From NCBI GenBank assembly GCA_050251945.1, contig JBFWLW010000002.1, positions 313,655 through 377,654 of the forward strand: a stretch of DNA of 64,000 bases, written 5' to 3'. This document shows, piece after piece, positions 9,840-19,898 of this stretch; the stretch's first letter is position 1, and each line of letters opens with the position of its first letter. The position numbers and the translations under genes were made by a program. A model generated the notes under the pieces. The model ran no database searches and had not been told where the DNA came from. It saw only the letters and a program-made list of their open reading frames with translations. Origin of the DNA: Deferribacterales bacterium (GTDB lineage Bacteria > Chrysiogenota > Deferribacteres > Deferribacterales > Geovibrionaceae).

Positions 9840-10854
9840 AGTTCACCCTCTCAACGGAAAGATTCTGTCCCAGAAGATACTCGTGCGCCCGTTTTCTCTG
9901 CCCGTCCGTCCCGCGCAGTTCCAGAAGCAGGTTGCCGAACAGTGTGCTTCTCACATGATCCACGCTGCCGAAAAGAATGCTCACCTGAACGTCGCTGCTG
10001 CGGATAAGCCCGTTTATCATGGGTTCAGATGCAGAACCGCCCAGAAACGATACCCTGACAAGCTCCGAATCACTGTGGGATTCAAGCTCACGCAGAAGTT
10101 CTTCAGGGATATCCGCCTTAAATATACCGGAAACGAATTCCTTCGCCACCTGAGATTTAGGCGATAAAAAGACCTCTTCCACCGTGGCGTTCTCCACGCA
10201 TTTTGAATCGTGCAGAACAGCAACGTGGGTGCATATATCCTTAATAACGTGCATTTCATGAGTAATAATCACGATGGTAAGCCCGAGACTGCGGTTGATA
10301 TCACGCAGAAGGGCGAGTATGGAACGGGTTGTCTTCGGGTCAAGTGCCGAAGTCGCCTCATCGCAGAGCAGAACGTCCGGCTTAAGAGCCAGCGCGCGTG
10401 CAATGCCCACCCGCTGTTTCTGACCTCCCGAAAGTTCCGAAGGATATGCCCCCGCCTTGTCCTCGAGCCCCACAAGGGGAAGAAGCTCCGACACGCGGGA
10501 ACGGATTTCATCGGCGGAAACACCCGCTATCTCAAGGGGGAAAGCGATGTTGCTGGCAACTGTTCTGGACTGTAAAAGATTGAAGTGCTGGAAGATCATT
10601 CCTATTTTCTGTCTGGCGTTTCTCAGCTCTTTTTCGCTGAGCTTCGTCAGATCGTGACCGCCGACGATTATTTCGCCGCCGGTTGGACGCTCCAGAAGAT
10701 TGAGACAGCGCACAAGAGTGCTTTTGCCCGCGCCGCTGAGTCCCATTATACCGTATATCGACCCCTGCGGAATGTCGAAAGATACGCCTTCAAGCGCCCT
10801 GACATCACCGCTGCGCGCGGGGTAAACCTTTGAAAGGTTCTTTATCTGAATCAT
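9832..10854 (-). CDS. metN: Methionine ABC transporter ATP-binding protein
   Basis: GLSGAGKST, LSGGQKQRV, CDEATSALDP, C-terminal NIL-like domain. Confidence 0.95.
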   Translation of the reverse strand: MIQIKNLSKVYPARSGDVRALEGVSFDIPQGSIYGIMGLSGAGKSTLVRCLNLLERPTGGEIIVGGHDLTKLSEKELRNARQKIGMIFQHFNLLQSRTVASNIAFPLEIAGVSADEIRSRVSELLPLVGLEDKAGAYPSELSGGQKQRVGIARALALKPDVLLCDEATSALDPKTTRSILALLRDINRSLGLTIVIITHEMHVIKDICTHVAVLHDSKCVENATVEEVFLSPKSQVAKEFVSGIFKADIPEELLRELESHSDSELVRVSFLGGSASEPMINGLIRSSDVQVSILFGSVDHVRSTLFGNLLLELRGTDGQRKRAHEYLLGQNLSVERVNYE

Positions 10855-10926
10855 ATGTTCCTCTTAAAAAAACAAATAACAGACACGGCAAAAAAACCGC
10901 GCCATCCGCAGTGTTTAACACAACTT

Positions 10927-11053
10927 GAGATCGCTTCGGGCGTAAAGCCCTCGCGAAGACGGGACGAAATTCAGTCTCTGCGAGGAATACTAGCCAAAGG
11001 CTGAATGAATCAACTTTCAGGCTAATTGTTGAACAAAGTGACGAAGCAGTCTC
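10927..11053. repeat. REP-like palindromic element copy 1 (long form with internal insert)
   Basis: GAGATCGCTTCG..CCTCGCGAAGAC..GTCTCTGCGAGG..GACGAAGCAGTCTC; internal insert shared with the 49010-49137 copy in reverse orientation. Confidence 0.85.
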
Positions 11054-11143
11054 GCCTTTCAATATGCTACATTTTACGCTAAAGCCTATCTAATCTATGA
11101 TTTTTATATATTATTCTTTCGGAAAAAGTCAACAATAAAAAAA

Positions 11144-12115
11144 CTACATCTGCGCAGAAAAACTTATTGCACCGAAACTCTGATATCTGCTCCCCTGCCC
11201 GTCGAACTCGCGGGAGCGCATGACCTGAGTATACCCGAACCTGTAACTTTTCCATGACATCACGGCGCCAAACTGAACGTCCATAACAAAAGGTTTCTTG
11301 TCGGCACTCACGCTGTCGCAGAAAGTGTTGCCGTCCAGAAATATGTTCCGCGCAACCGCTCTGCCGTCCACACCTGTGAACACATACCAGCGCAGCCTGT
11401 TCTCCGGCACAAAAAAACCGGAACCCGGCATACTGGGCTGTATTCTGGGCGGTCCGTAGTCAAGATCCGGCTGCTGTCCGTAGCGCACCATAAACCCAGT
11501 GTTCGCGTATGTAAATATATTGCCTGCCGCACCACCGATATGTGGAGTAAAATCAACAGGCATCCCGAAAACGCTCTTTTCTGCAAACTTCCGCCAGCTT
11601 CTCTGATACATCAGAATAAGCCCGGGTTCATTCTTAAGCTGGTTGTGCCAGCCTTTGGGGTCGTCGGAACCTATTATCTTATGCACAGTTTTCTGAGTCT
11701 CTTCCGCCAGTGAAGCCGGACCAACAATACCTGCCGTCAGCTCAAGCTGATCAAGCCGCTTCCCGTCCTCGGCAATAAGCCCCACAGAGCCGTAAAGCCA
11801 GCCCGCATAAGGTCTGTCGCCGTCAGGCGGGTTTTCCTGCGTTATGCTTGTGGGAGTATACATGCTCTGACCAAATGAATAAGTTGTCCGCACCGTATAT
11901 TCTTCAGGGAAAAGAGGAAAGAGTTTAGCCGCCTGTCTGGCAAGAGTGCTGCCGCCGTTCGGCGCACTAAGCCATGAGGCTCTTATCCCGTTCGTATAGT
12001 ATCTGTCGCTGTGGAATATGTCATTCTCAAGGACAATACTGAACGTCCCGTTGTCCTCCGCATAAGCGCAAACAGACACAGCAAGCACTGTGAAAAAAAC
12101 TAAAATTTTTATCAA
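11144..12115 (-). CDS. lpxR: Lipid A deacylase LpxR-family outer membrane protein
   Basis: ENDIF..DRYYTNG, GQSMYTP, DRPYAGWL, GWHNQLKNE, NIFLDGN; likely TTG start at 12115. Confidence 0.88.
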   Translation of the reverse strand: MIKILVFFTVLAVSVCAYAEDNGTFSIVLENDIFHSDRYYTNGIRASWLSAPNGGSTLARQAAKLFPLFPEEYTVRTTYSFGQSMYTPTSITQENPPDGDRPYAGWLYGSVGLIAEDGKRLDQLELTAGIVGPASLAEETQKTVHKIIGSDDPKGWHNQLKNEPGLILMYQRSWRKFAEKSVFGMPVDFTPHIGGAAGNIFTYANTGFMVRYGQQPDLDYGPPRIQPSMPGSGFFVPENRLRWYVFTGVDGRAVARNIFLDGNTFCDSVSADKKPFVMDVQFGAVMSWKSYRFGYTQVMRSREFDGQGSRYQSFGAISFSAQM

Positions 12116-12178
12116 GAAAAGCTCCCGAAATATTAGCGGGAAACTTTGTGCTTTTCCGCAAATGAATTTCAACAAAAC

Positions 12179-12259
12179 CAGACTGCCGCGTCAGCCTACG
12201 GCTTCCTCGCAGAGACAGAATTTGGTCTTCGCGAGGAGTGGCAGCGACGCGGCGATCTG
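12179..12259. repeat. REP-like palindromic element copy 2
   Basis: AGACTGCCGCGTC..CCTCGCAGAGAC..GTCTTCGCGAGG..GACGCGGCGATCT. Confidence 0.85.
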
Positions 12260-12341
12260 TATTATTGACTTTGCAACCAGCCGTAAAGCTCCCGAAATTA
12301 TATCGGGAGCATGTTAACATTTTATACCTGAATCTTCCAGC

Positions 12342-12956
12342 CTATTTCACCGGACATCCTTCAAGTCCTTTCAGCTCCGTTTCGGTCGCCTCAAATGTGA
12401 ACTCCTGCGCACCGTCAGTCTGTTTGCCGAAATTTTCCACTGCGTATTTGGACAGTACCGCGGCTGTTTTTGAAAGATCTTTCTCACGTGTGAATATCTT
12501 TCCCTGCCAAACAGGGGCTTTGTCCGTATTGCCCGCCGTGAACAGCTTGATATTCAGGAAGCTCATGTCTTTGTCCTCGTCCGACACTGATCTGCCCACC
12601 GCCGTTCCGAGAGACAGTCCCGGGGCTATGCCGCCGGAGAAGAACCCTATCCCGCCGCCGATGCTTACCCGCGGTTCAGCAGAAGCTTTGCCGAGAACGA
12701 CACCAAACACAGGGGTTATGATGTATGCAGGATTCTTTGCGTTTCTTTTCCAGCCGATACAGTTGAGCTGTGCCTCAAGAACGCCGACATATTTTATCAT
12801 CTCCAGATCGGTTTTTGATTCGGAAGAAAGAGCGAAATCGTAGGTCTGATTTTTGAAATTGTTTTGTCCGCCATAGCCTGTAACGTTCACGTCATACTTT
12901 GACGCGCAACCGGACAGAACGAACATCCCGATTATGACTGCCATCGTTTTAAACAT
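12342..12956 (-). CDS. Lipoprotein, DUF4136-like
   Basis: Lipobox LSGC; Gly-rich SIGGGIGF segment; VWQG motif. Confidence 0.65.
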   Translation of the reverse strand: MFKTMAVIIGMFVLSGCASKYDVNVTGYGGQNNFKNQTYDFALSSESKTDLEMIKYVGVLEAQLNCIGWKRNAKNPAYIITPVFGVVLGKASAEPRVSIGGGIGFFSGGIAPGLSLGTAVGRSVSDEDKDMSFLNIKLFTAGNTDKAPVWQGKIFTREKDLSKTAAVLSKYAVENFGKQTDGAQEFTFEATETELKGLEGCPVK

Positions 12957-13019
12957 ATGGTTCTCCTTAGCTATTAATCTAGGCAAAGAACCACACTTAA
13001 CAAGACTAATTTAGTTTAA

Positions 13020-13931
13020 TTAAACCCTGAGAAGCTGTTCGGTCTCCGCAAGAGAGGGCATTCCGCCCTGCGCTCCCGCCTTTGTTGTGGAGATGGCTGC
13101 GGCGGCGTTCGCAAACCTTACTGCGTCAATAATGGAAAGTCCCCTGCCAAGTCCGAAGGCAAGTCCTGCGTTAAACGTGTCTCCGGCGGCAGTGGTGTCA
13201 ACTGCGGCAACAACGAATCCCTCAACATGGGTAAGAATACCGTCTGTGAAGACGTAAGCGCCCCTGCTCCCCGCTTTCAGCACCGCAGTTTTGACACCCA
13301 TCTCTATAAGTCTCTGTCCGGCGGCGGCGAATCCCGCCTCGTCCGCCGGTTTGACTCCTGTCAGTATCTCCGCCTCTGTCTCGTTGGGCGTGATGATGTC
13401 TATATATTTAAGAATTTCTTCACCAAGGGGTACAGCGGGCGCAGGGTCGAGAATTACCTTCACACCCGCCCCGGAAGCAGTTTTTGCTGCCTGAACGACA
13501 GCATCCGCAGGCACCTCAAGCTGAAGAAGAAGAAATTCTGAAGATTCAATTATCTCGCGGTTTTTCAGTATATAGTTTTTATCAACCACGGCGTTAGCGC
13601 CTGGAACGATAATGATATTATTCTCACCCTTTCCGTCAACGGTTATAACGGCTATCCCTGTGGAGGTGTCAACTCTGCCCACTCCGGCTGTGCTGACCCG
13701 CAGACGTTTGAAATACGCCATATAATCGTCACCGTATATGTCGTTTCCCGTCAGCCCCACCATGGCAACATCCGCACCGAGTTTTGCCAGCGCGACAGCC
13801 TGATTAGCCCCCTTACCGCCGGTAAAGGTACTGAACGAATCGCCGTACATCGTTTCGCCCGGCTTTGGAAACCTTGGTGCTTTCGTAACAAGGTCGGTGT
13901 TTATGCTTCCCGCCACACAGAATCTGCTCAT
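13020..13931 (-). CDS. rbsK: Ribokinase
   Basis: GSINTD, GGKGANQA, TPNETE, DTTAAGDTF (PfkB signature). Confidence 0.95.
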   Translation of the reverse strand: MSRFCVAGSINTDLVTKAPRFPKPGETMYGDSFSTFTGGKGANQAVALAKLGADVAMVGLTGNDIYGDDYMAYFKRLRVSTAGVGRVDTSTGIAVITVDGKGENNIIIVPGANAVVDKNYILKNREIIESSEFLLLQLEVPADAVVQAAKTASGAGVKVILDPAPAVPLGEEILKYIDIITPNETEAEILTGVKPADEAGFAAAGQRLIEMGVKTAVLKAGSRGAYVFTDGILTHVEGFVVAAVDTTAAGDTFNAGLAFGLGRGLSIIDAVRFANAAAAISTTKAGAQGGMPSLAETEQLLRV

Positions 13932-14971
13932 GCCTCATCCTCCCCTGCAAGGTTTCTGACGCTGGCGCGCTCCACAACCTCGCCGCCTATGACGGTCTTT
14001 TCATATGGCATGGAGCTGCCCTCTTTTATCCTCTGCACGAGTATGCGCACCGCCTTTGTACTGATGCTCTTTTTGGAAACGTCAACAGTTGTCAGCGGCG
14101 GTTCCGCCATCGCACTCATGGGCAGGTTGTCGTATCCCGCAACGGAGATATCATTCGGAATGGCAAGCCCCGCCTCTTTCAGTGCGCGCATACACCCAAG
14201 CGCAATGATATCGTTAACGCATAAGAGTGCCGTAGGCATCTCTTTCTGCTTTGTCAGAAGCCTGCGCATATCCTCATAAGCACCTTCATAGGTGGATTCC
14301 ACCGTGAAAACGAACTCTTTGCGGAATTTGTGTCCGAAGTGCTTCATGGAATTTTCAAAAGCATCAAAACGCTGCTGAAAGTTTATAGTCTCTATGCGCC
14401 CTGTCACGATACCTATATCGCTGTGTCCCATGCGCGTCAGATATGACATCATGTTGTAAACAGAGGAAGCGTTGTTCATATCCACAAAATCATATGGCAT
14501 GAAAGGACAGAGGATATCTATAAACACCAATGGAATATGTATCTTCAGAAAATGTTCCACATCCGCTTCGTCAAGCTCGGTTCCCAGAACCACAGCACCG
14601 CTGGCAAATGAATTGTTCACATAATTCATTATCTCAGCGGGGTCAAATCTGTCGAAAACTGCGACCTCAAGTGAATACCCTTTTTTGGAAGCTTCCATCT
14701 GCGCACCGTTAATATAGTCCGCAACAAAAGCCTGATGATTATTGTTAAGTATCTGTCCGTGTTTGACAATATTCACAAACAAAATGGTTTTGTGCCGTCT
14801 GTTCAGCCCGCTGTCCGTTGTTCCTTTGTACCCGTGTTCACGCGCAATGCGAAGCACACGCTCCCGCGCCGCGGGTCCGACTCCGGTTTTGCCGTTCAGC
14901 ACCAGAGAAACCGTACTGACAGACACGTCCGCTATTTTAGCTATTTCAGTTATTGTTATGTTCTTTTTCAT
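13928..14971 (-). CDS. LacI-family transcriptional regulator, probable ribose regulator
   Basis: HTH ITEIAKIADVSVSTVSLVLNG; C-terminal PPLTTV; divergent from rbsDACB. Confidence 0.92.
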   Translation of the reverse strand: MKKNITITEIAKIADVSVSTVSLVLNGKTGVGPAARERVLRIAREHGYKGTTDSGLNRRHKTILFVNIVKHGQILNNNHQAFVADYINGAQMEASKKGYSLEVAVFDRFDPAEIMNYVNNSFASGAVVLGTELDEADVEHFLKIHIPLVFIDILCPFMPYDFVDMNNASSVYNMMSYLTRMGHSDIGIVTGRIETINFQQRFDAFENSMKHFGHKFRKEFVFTVESTYEGAYEDMRRLLTKQKEMPTALLCVNDIIALGCMRALKEAGLAIPNDISVAGYDNLPMSAMAEPPLTTVDVSKKSISTKAVRILVQRIKEGSSMPYEKTVIGGEVVERASVRNLAGEDEA

Positions 14972-15092
14972 ATATGTTACTAAAATTTCAGCATGAACCA
15001 ATGTTGTTATAGCTTTTTCAAATACCCGCTATAATCCCGCATTATGTCCATTGCCTCATATTCTTTATTATAGCATATTTCAGCAGACGGCA

Positions 15093-15106
15093 ACTAAAAT
15101 TTTAGT
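15093..15106. promoter_or_regulatory. Perfect palindrome ACTAAAATTTTAGT, candidate operator of the LacI regulator
   Basis: 14-bp palindrome upstream of the TTGATA -35-like hexamer; near copy ACTAAAATTTCAGC at 14979-14992 by the regulator start. Confidence 0.55.
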
Positions 15107-15173
15107 AAAATTTGCTAATATTTTTACTTGATATCTCACAGCGCTCTGGTATTCTTAATGTTATAGAGAACAT

Positions 15174-15254
15174 GAGACTGCCGCGCTGACTGCGTCAGCT
15201 CGCAGAGACCACAGCCCGTCTTTGCGAGGAAGCAGGATGCTGACGAAGCAATCT
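15174..15254. repeat. REP-like palindromic element copy 3 (rbsD leader)
   Basis: GAGACTGCCGCG..CTCGCAGAGAC..GTCTTTGCGAGG..GACGAAGCAATCT. Confidence 0.85.
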
Positions 15255-15288
15255 AGTCTCTGTTTTACGGTTTTACAAAGAGGACTGT

Positions 15289-15684
15289 ATGAAAAAGGGA
15301 CAACTGCTCAACAGCCGCATCTCGGCGGTCATATCCGAGATGGGACATACCGACACTATAGTTATAGCCGATGCCGGACTTCCTGTACCCGACAGCGCCG
15401 AACGGATAGATCTTGCGCTGTGCACAGGGATGCCTGATTTCATAACTGTTCTGAAGACCGTCCTCTCGGAACTGCAGGTGGAGGAATTCACCATAGCTTC
15501 CGAGATGTCCGAAAAAAATCCTGTCACAAAGGATGCCGTCGTCTTTCTTCTGAAAGATGCAAAAATGAACATAGTCTCACACGAAGAGTTCAAAAAACTC
15601 ACCGGAAACGCAAAAGCGGTTATCCGCACAGGAGAATGCACCCCATATGCAAATGTGATACTCCACTCTGGCGTGGTGTTCTGA
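15289..15684 (+). CDS. rbsD: D-ribose pyranase
   Basis: MGHTDTIVIADAGLP, IRTGECTPYANVIL. Confidence 0.96.
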   Translation: MKKGQLLNSRISAVISEMGHTDTIVIADAGLPVPDSAERIDLALCTGMPDFITVLKTVLSELQVEEFTIASEMSEKNPVTKDAVVFLLKDAKMNIVSHEEFKKLTGNAKAVIRTGECTPYANVILHSGVVF

Positions 15685-17189
15685 TGTCCGGTTCACCTGT
15701 TCTGCAAATGAAAAATATCTGCAAATCATTTCCCGGCGTAAAGGCGCTGAACGACGTCTCCCTGAACATCTATTCAGGCGAGGCAATGGCCCTTCTGGGC
15801 GAAAACGGAGCTGGTAAATCCACTCTTATGAAGATACTCAGCGGGGTCTACACGAAGGATTCCGGCGAAATGCTGTTCAAAGGCAAACCGCATGCGCCTA
15901 AGGATCCGAAGGACGCTATGAACAGTGGAATAGCCATCATCCATCAGGAGCTTAACCTTATCCCAGAACTCACCGTTGCGGAGAATATCTTCATCGGGCG
16001 GGAGCCTGTGAACATACTGCGCAAAGTAAAATATTCCGAAATGAACGCCGAAGCGAAAAAATATCTCGAACAGCTCGGCGAAAAGACCTCACCCTCCGCG
16101 AAGGTCTCATCACTGAGCGTCGGTCAGGCGCAGATGGTGGAGATAGCCAAAGCGCTCTCCATGAATGCTGAAGTGATAATTATGGACGAACCGACGGACG
16201 CACTTACAGATGTTGAAACGGAGAATCTTTACAAAGTCATCCGAAGTCTGAAAACAGAAGGCAAGGCGCTGATATACATTTCACATAAGCTTTCCGAAGT
16301 GTTTGACGTGTGCGACAGGGCGACCATCCTCAGAGACGGTACTTTTGTTGATGAAAAACCTGTTTCCGAACTCGACGAAGAGAAGATAATTCAGCTTATG
16401 GTGGGGCGTCCCATCAGCGACCGATACCCGAAATGCGACTGCAAAGCCGGCGAAATTGTTTTCACGGCGGAAGGATTGACCAACAGCCGCATAACCGGCG
16501 TATCGTTCAGCATCAGAAGCGGCGAAGTGGTGGGTATAGCGGGGCTTATGGGTTCCGGAAGAAGCGAGGTCGCAAAATCGATCTTCGGCGAAATGCCGCT
16601 GAAAAAGGGCAAAATAACCCTCGCCGGAAAAGAATTGCGCATCAATCACCCGTCAGGGGCGATTAAAAACGGCATTTCATACGTTTCTGAGGACAGAAAA
16701 CAGCTGGGACTTATAGTCGGCATGACAATAAAAGAGAATATAACCCTTCCTGCGCTGAAAAAATTTCAGACCGTGCTTTCAAAGATATCGTTCGGGAAAG
16801 AGGAAGAGGTCTCTAAAGAATATATAGATATGATGTCCATCAAGACCACCGGACCTTCACAGCGGGTAGTGGATCTCAGCGGCGGAAATCAGCAGAAGGT
16901 CGCCATTGCAAAGGGGCTTGTCACGGCGCCCAAGGTGCTGATACTTGACGAACCAACCCGCGGCGTGGACGTAGGCGCGAAAAAAGAAATTTACGAGCAG
17001 ATAAATATCCTGAAATCAAAAGGCATGTCAATCATCCTGATATCTTCCGAAATGCCGGAGGTGATAGGCATGAGCGACAGGATACTTGTGATGAGCGCAG
17101 GACGCATCGCAGGCGAGGTATCCGGCGCGGACGCCACTCAGGAGAACATCATGAAGCTCGCCATAAGCAATATAAAAAACGCCGTATAG
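15684..17189 (+). CDS. rbsA: Ribose ABC transporter ATP-binding protein
   Basis: GENGAGKST, two ABC domains, LSGGNQQKV, DEPTRGVDVG. Confidence 0.94.
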   Translation: MSGSPVLQMKNICKSFPGVKALNDVSLNIYSGEAMALLGENGAGKSTLMKILSGVYTKDSGEMLFKGKPHAPKDPKDAMNSGIAIIHQELNLIPELTVAENIFIGREPVNILRKVKYSEMNAEAKKYLEQLGEKTSPSAKVSSLSVGQAQMVEIAKALSMNAEVIIMDEPTDALTDVETENLYKVIRSLKTEGKALIYISHKLSEVFDVCDRATILRDGTFVDEKPVSELDEEKIIQLMVGRPISDRYPKCDCKAGEIVFTAEGLTNSRITGVSFSIRSGEVVGIAGLMGSGRSEVAKSIFGEMPLKKGKITLAGKELRINHPSGAIKNGISYVSEDRKQLGLIVGMTIKENITLPALKKFQTVLSKISFGKEEEVSKEYIDMMSIKTTGPSQRVVDLSGGNQQKVAIAKGLVTAPKVLILDEPTRGVDVGAKKEIYEQINILKSKGMSIILISSEMPEVIGMSDRILVMSAGRIAGEVSGADATQENIMKLAISNIKNAV

Positions 17190-17202
17190 TTTCGGAGAAG
17201 TT

Positions 17203-18141
17203 ATGAAAATAGACACCAAAGACGTGCTGAAAAGATTCAGACCGCTTCTGGGACTTATCATCCTCTCGGTGATAGTGTCGCTCATCAGCCCTGAGTTTCT
17301 CACCGTCGGCAACATACTGAACGTCATGCGCCAGACATCCATAAACGCAGTCATAGCGGCGGGCATGACATTTGTTATTCTGACAGGCGGAATAGACCTT
17401 TCTGTCGGTTCGATTCTGGCTCTGTGCGGAGCCATAGCCGCAACATTAATTTCAACAGGATTCGGTGTGGCGACAACAGTCTTTGCGACACTGGCACTGG
17501 GAATACTTCTCGGTGTACTTGCCGGAATCGCAATTACAAAGGGCAGAATCCAGCCATTCATAGCCACTCTGGTGGCAATGACGCTTCTGCGCGGCGCAAC
17601 ACTCGTGCATACGGACGGCAAACCCGTCTCGACGGGATACGACTCGGCGGCAGATGCTTTCGCATGGTTCGGCACAGGCTATGTTTTCGGCATTCCCGTC
17701 CCTGTGATACTCATGATACTCGTCTTCGTCATTTCCCATTACATACTTAAACACACCCGCTTCGGGCGCTATGTGTACGCCATCGGCGGCAATGAGGAAG
17801 CGTCAAGGCTTTCGGGCGTTCGGGTGGACAGAATAAAGATAGCCGTCTACGGGATATGCGGTCTCGTTTCAGCACTTGCAGGCATAATACTCACATCAAG
17901 GCTTTCATCGGCACAACCCACTGCCGGCGCAGGATACGAGCTTGATGCTATAGCCGCTGTGGTTCTCGGCGGAACAAGCCTCGCAGGAGGTGTCGGAACC
18001 ATCTTCGGAACCTTCACGGGCGCTCTTATCATAGGAATCCTGAACAATGCGCTGAACCTTCTTAACGTTTCATCCTATTATCAGATGATAGCAAAAGGTG
18101 CGGTGATACTTATCGCCGTTCTTATGGATAGAAAGAAGTAA
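17203..18141 (+). CDS. rbsC: Ribose ABC transporter permease
   Basis: GGIDLSVG, GGNEEASRLSG, YELDAIAAVVLGG. Confidence 0.94.
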   Translation: MKIDTKDVLKRFRPLLGLIILSVIVSLISPEFLTVGNILNVMRQTSINAVIAAGMTFVILTGGIDLSVGSILALCGAIAATLISTGFGVATTVFATLALGILLGVLAGIAITKGRIQPFIATLVAMTLLRGATLVHTDGKPVSTGYDSAADAFAWFGTGYVFGIPVPVILMILVFVISHYILKHTRFGRYVYAIGGNEEASRLSGVRVDRIKIAVYGICGLVSALAGIILTSRLSSAQPTAGAGYELDAIAAVVLGGTSLAGGVGTIFGTFTGALIIGILNNALNLLNVSSYYQMIAKGAVILIAVLMDRKK

Positions 18142-18143
18142 GA

Positions 18144-18214
18144 AGATCGCTTCGTCGCTTACGCTCCTCGCGAAGACGTCTCTGCGAGGCAGTGCAGGCT
18201 GACGCGGCAGTCTC
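18144..18214. repeat. REP-like palindromic element copy 4 (between rbsC and rbsB)
   Basis: AGATCGCTTCG..CCTCGCGAAGAC-GTCTCTGCGAGG..GACGCGGCAGTCTC. Confidence 0.85.
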
Positions 18215-18230
18215 ATTTAAGGAGTGAAGT

Positions 18231-19106
18231 ATGAAAAAATTATTCGCTATTCTCGCGGCCCTCATGGTTATCCCCGCCATGACGGCATTTGCGGCACAGA
18301 AGACGGTGGGTCTCGTGGTTTCCACGCTGAACAACCCCTTCTTCGTCACACTTAAGGACGGAGCCGTCGGCGAAGCAAAAAAAGCGGGCATCAACCTGAT
18401 AGTTCTCGATTCCCAGAATGACCCTGCAAAAGAGATAGCAAACGTCGAAGATCTTTTGTCTAAAGGCGTTGCGGCTATTCTCATCAACCCGACAGATTCA
18501 GACGCAGTGGGCAACGCCATCAAAATGGCAAACAGAGCCAAGATTCCCGTCATCACCCTTGACAGAGGCGCAAACGCAGGAACAGTTGTTTCACACATCG
18601 CCTCCGACAACGTTGCAGGCGGCAAGATGGCTGGTCAGTACATAGCTGAAAAACTCGGCAAGAAAGGAAACGTGGTCGAGCTTGAGGGTATTCCCGGAAC
18701 ATCCGCAGCCAGAGACCGCGGCAAAGGCTTTAACGAAGCGCTTAAAGGCACTTCCATCAAAGTTGTTGCACGTCAGGCGGCAGATTTTGACAGAACAAAA
18801 GGTCTGAATGTAATGGAAAACATTCTTCAGTCACAACCGAAAATAGATGCGGTTTTCGCACATAACGACGAAATGGCGCTGGGCGCAATGCGCGCTATCT
18901 CAGCGGCTAAAAAGAACATAATGGTAGTCGGTTTCGATGCGACAGACGACGCTGTTAAAGCTGTTAAAGACGGCAAAATGGCAGCAACGGTTGCACAGCA
19001 GCCTGCATTCATCGGCGCGAAAGGCGTTGAAACTGCCAAGGCAGTTCTTGAAGGCAAAAAGGTTCAGGCATACGTCCCTGTGGGTCTGAAATTAATCGTA
19101 AAATAG
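18231..19106 (+). CDS. rbsB: Ribose ABC transporter substrate-binding protein
   Basis: [26 protein letters not shown]. Confidence 0.95.
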   Translation: MKKLFAILAALMVIPAMTAFAAQKTVGLVVSTLNNPFFVTLKDGAVGEAKKAGINLIVLDSQNDPAKEIANVEDLLSKGVAAILINPTDSDAVGNAIKMANRAKIPVITLDRGANAGTVVSHIASDNVAGGKMAGQYIAEKLGKKGNVVELEGIPGTSAARDRGKGFNEALKGTSIKVVARQAADFDRTKGLNVMENILQSQPKIDAVFAHNDEMALGAMRAISAAKKNIMVVGFDATDDAVKAVKDGKMAATVAQQPAFIGAKGVETAKAVLEGKKVQAYVPVGLKLIVK

Positions 19107-19131
19107 TTAGGTATTGCAAACACCAAACTGG

Positions 19132-19159
19132 AAAAGGCGGTCGATTGACCGCCTTTTTT
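19132..19159. terminator. Bidirectional intrinsic terminator
   Basis: AAAAGGCGGTC-gatt-GACCGCCTTTTTT between convergent genes. Confidence 0.85.
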
Positions 19160-19195
19160 CGTGAAAAGACAACAGGGAGGAATGATAAGGCTAAA

Positions 19196-19843
19196 CTACT
19201 TAATTTTTCTATTCCATTTCATATTTGTTTTATGACATTTATCGCAGAAATCGTTAAAATCTTCGTGAACATTATGGCATTTAACGCAGCTCATGTTTCC
19301 GAAATGAGATTTATGCGGATTTCTTTTCCTGTCAGCAGTTTTCTTTGCCAGCTCTTCATATTCGCCATGACAGCCTTTGCACTTCTTTGCCATTTCATCC
19401 ACGTCGTCAGGTCCGAAAGTGTCGTGACAGTCAAGGCAGTAAACTCCGGATTTTTTATGTGAGTTCGCCAGATAAGACGAATCGTTCCATGTAGCAAATT
19501 TATCGGCAAGGTCTTTCATTTCTTCTTTTGAAAAGATTATCCCTTTCTTATGGGATAAGGATACATTACCTTCCTTATCTGCCTCGTGGCAGGAAAGGCA
19601 GGTGTCAACGGATACTCCAAAAGAACCCGTGTGTGCTACATGCACTTTCTGCCCCAAACTGCCCGCCTTCGATTCTGAGTCATGGCAGGCAAAGCATCCG
19701 GAAAATGTATCGTTTTTTGCATGATCTTTTTTCAACACTTCTGCGGGGTTTTTGTGGCAGTCTTTGCATTTGAATTCAATATCATCTGCGTATACAGCCA
19801 CCGCAGAAAGGATGAAAATAAAAATGTATATAAATAATTTCAT
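19196..19843 (-). CDS. Periplasmic multiheme cytochrome c (7 CxxCH), flavocytochrome c heme subunit-like
   Basis: Signal peptide; CKDCH, CFACH, CLSCH, CLDCH, CKGCH, CVKCH, CDKCH; NPHKSH motif. Confidence 0.9.
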   Translation of the reverse strand: MKLFIYIFIFILSAVAVYADDIEFKCKDCHKNPAEVLKKDHAKNDTFSGCFACHDSESKAGSLGQKVHVAHTGSFGVSVDTCLSCHEADKEGNVSLSHKKGIIFSKEEMKDLADKFATWNDSSYLANSHKKSGVYCLDCHDTFGPDDVDEMAKKCKGCHGEYEELAKKTADRKRNPHKSHFGNMSCVKCHNVHEDFNDFCDKCHKTNMKWNRKIK

Positions 19844-19898
19844 AGATTACTCCCGAAATAAAACAGGCGGTCGTAAAATACGACCGCCGCAGATTGTC

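Noticed and set aside
10855..11060. SAM riboswitch upstream of metNIQ
   Set aside because: No S-box consensus recognised; the structured sequence is the REP-like repeat.
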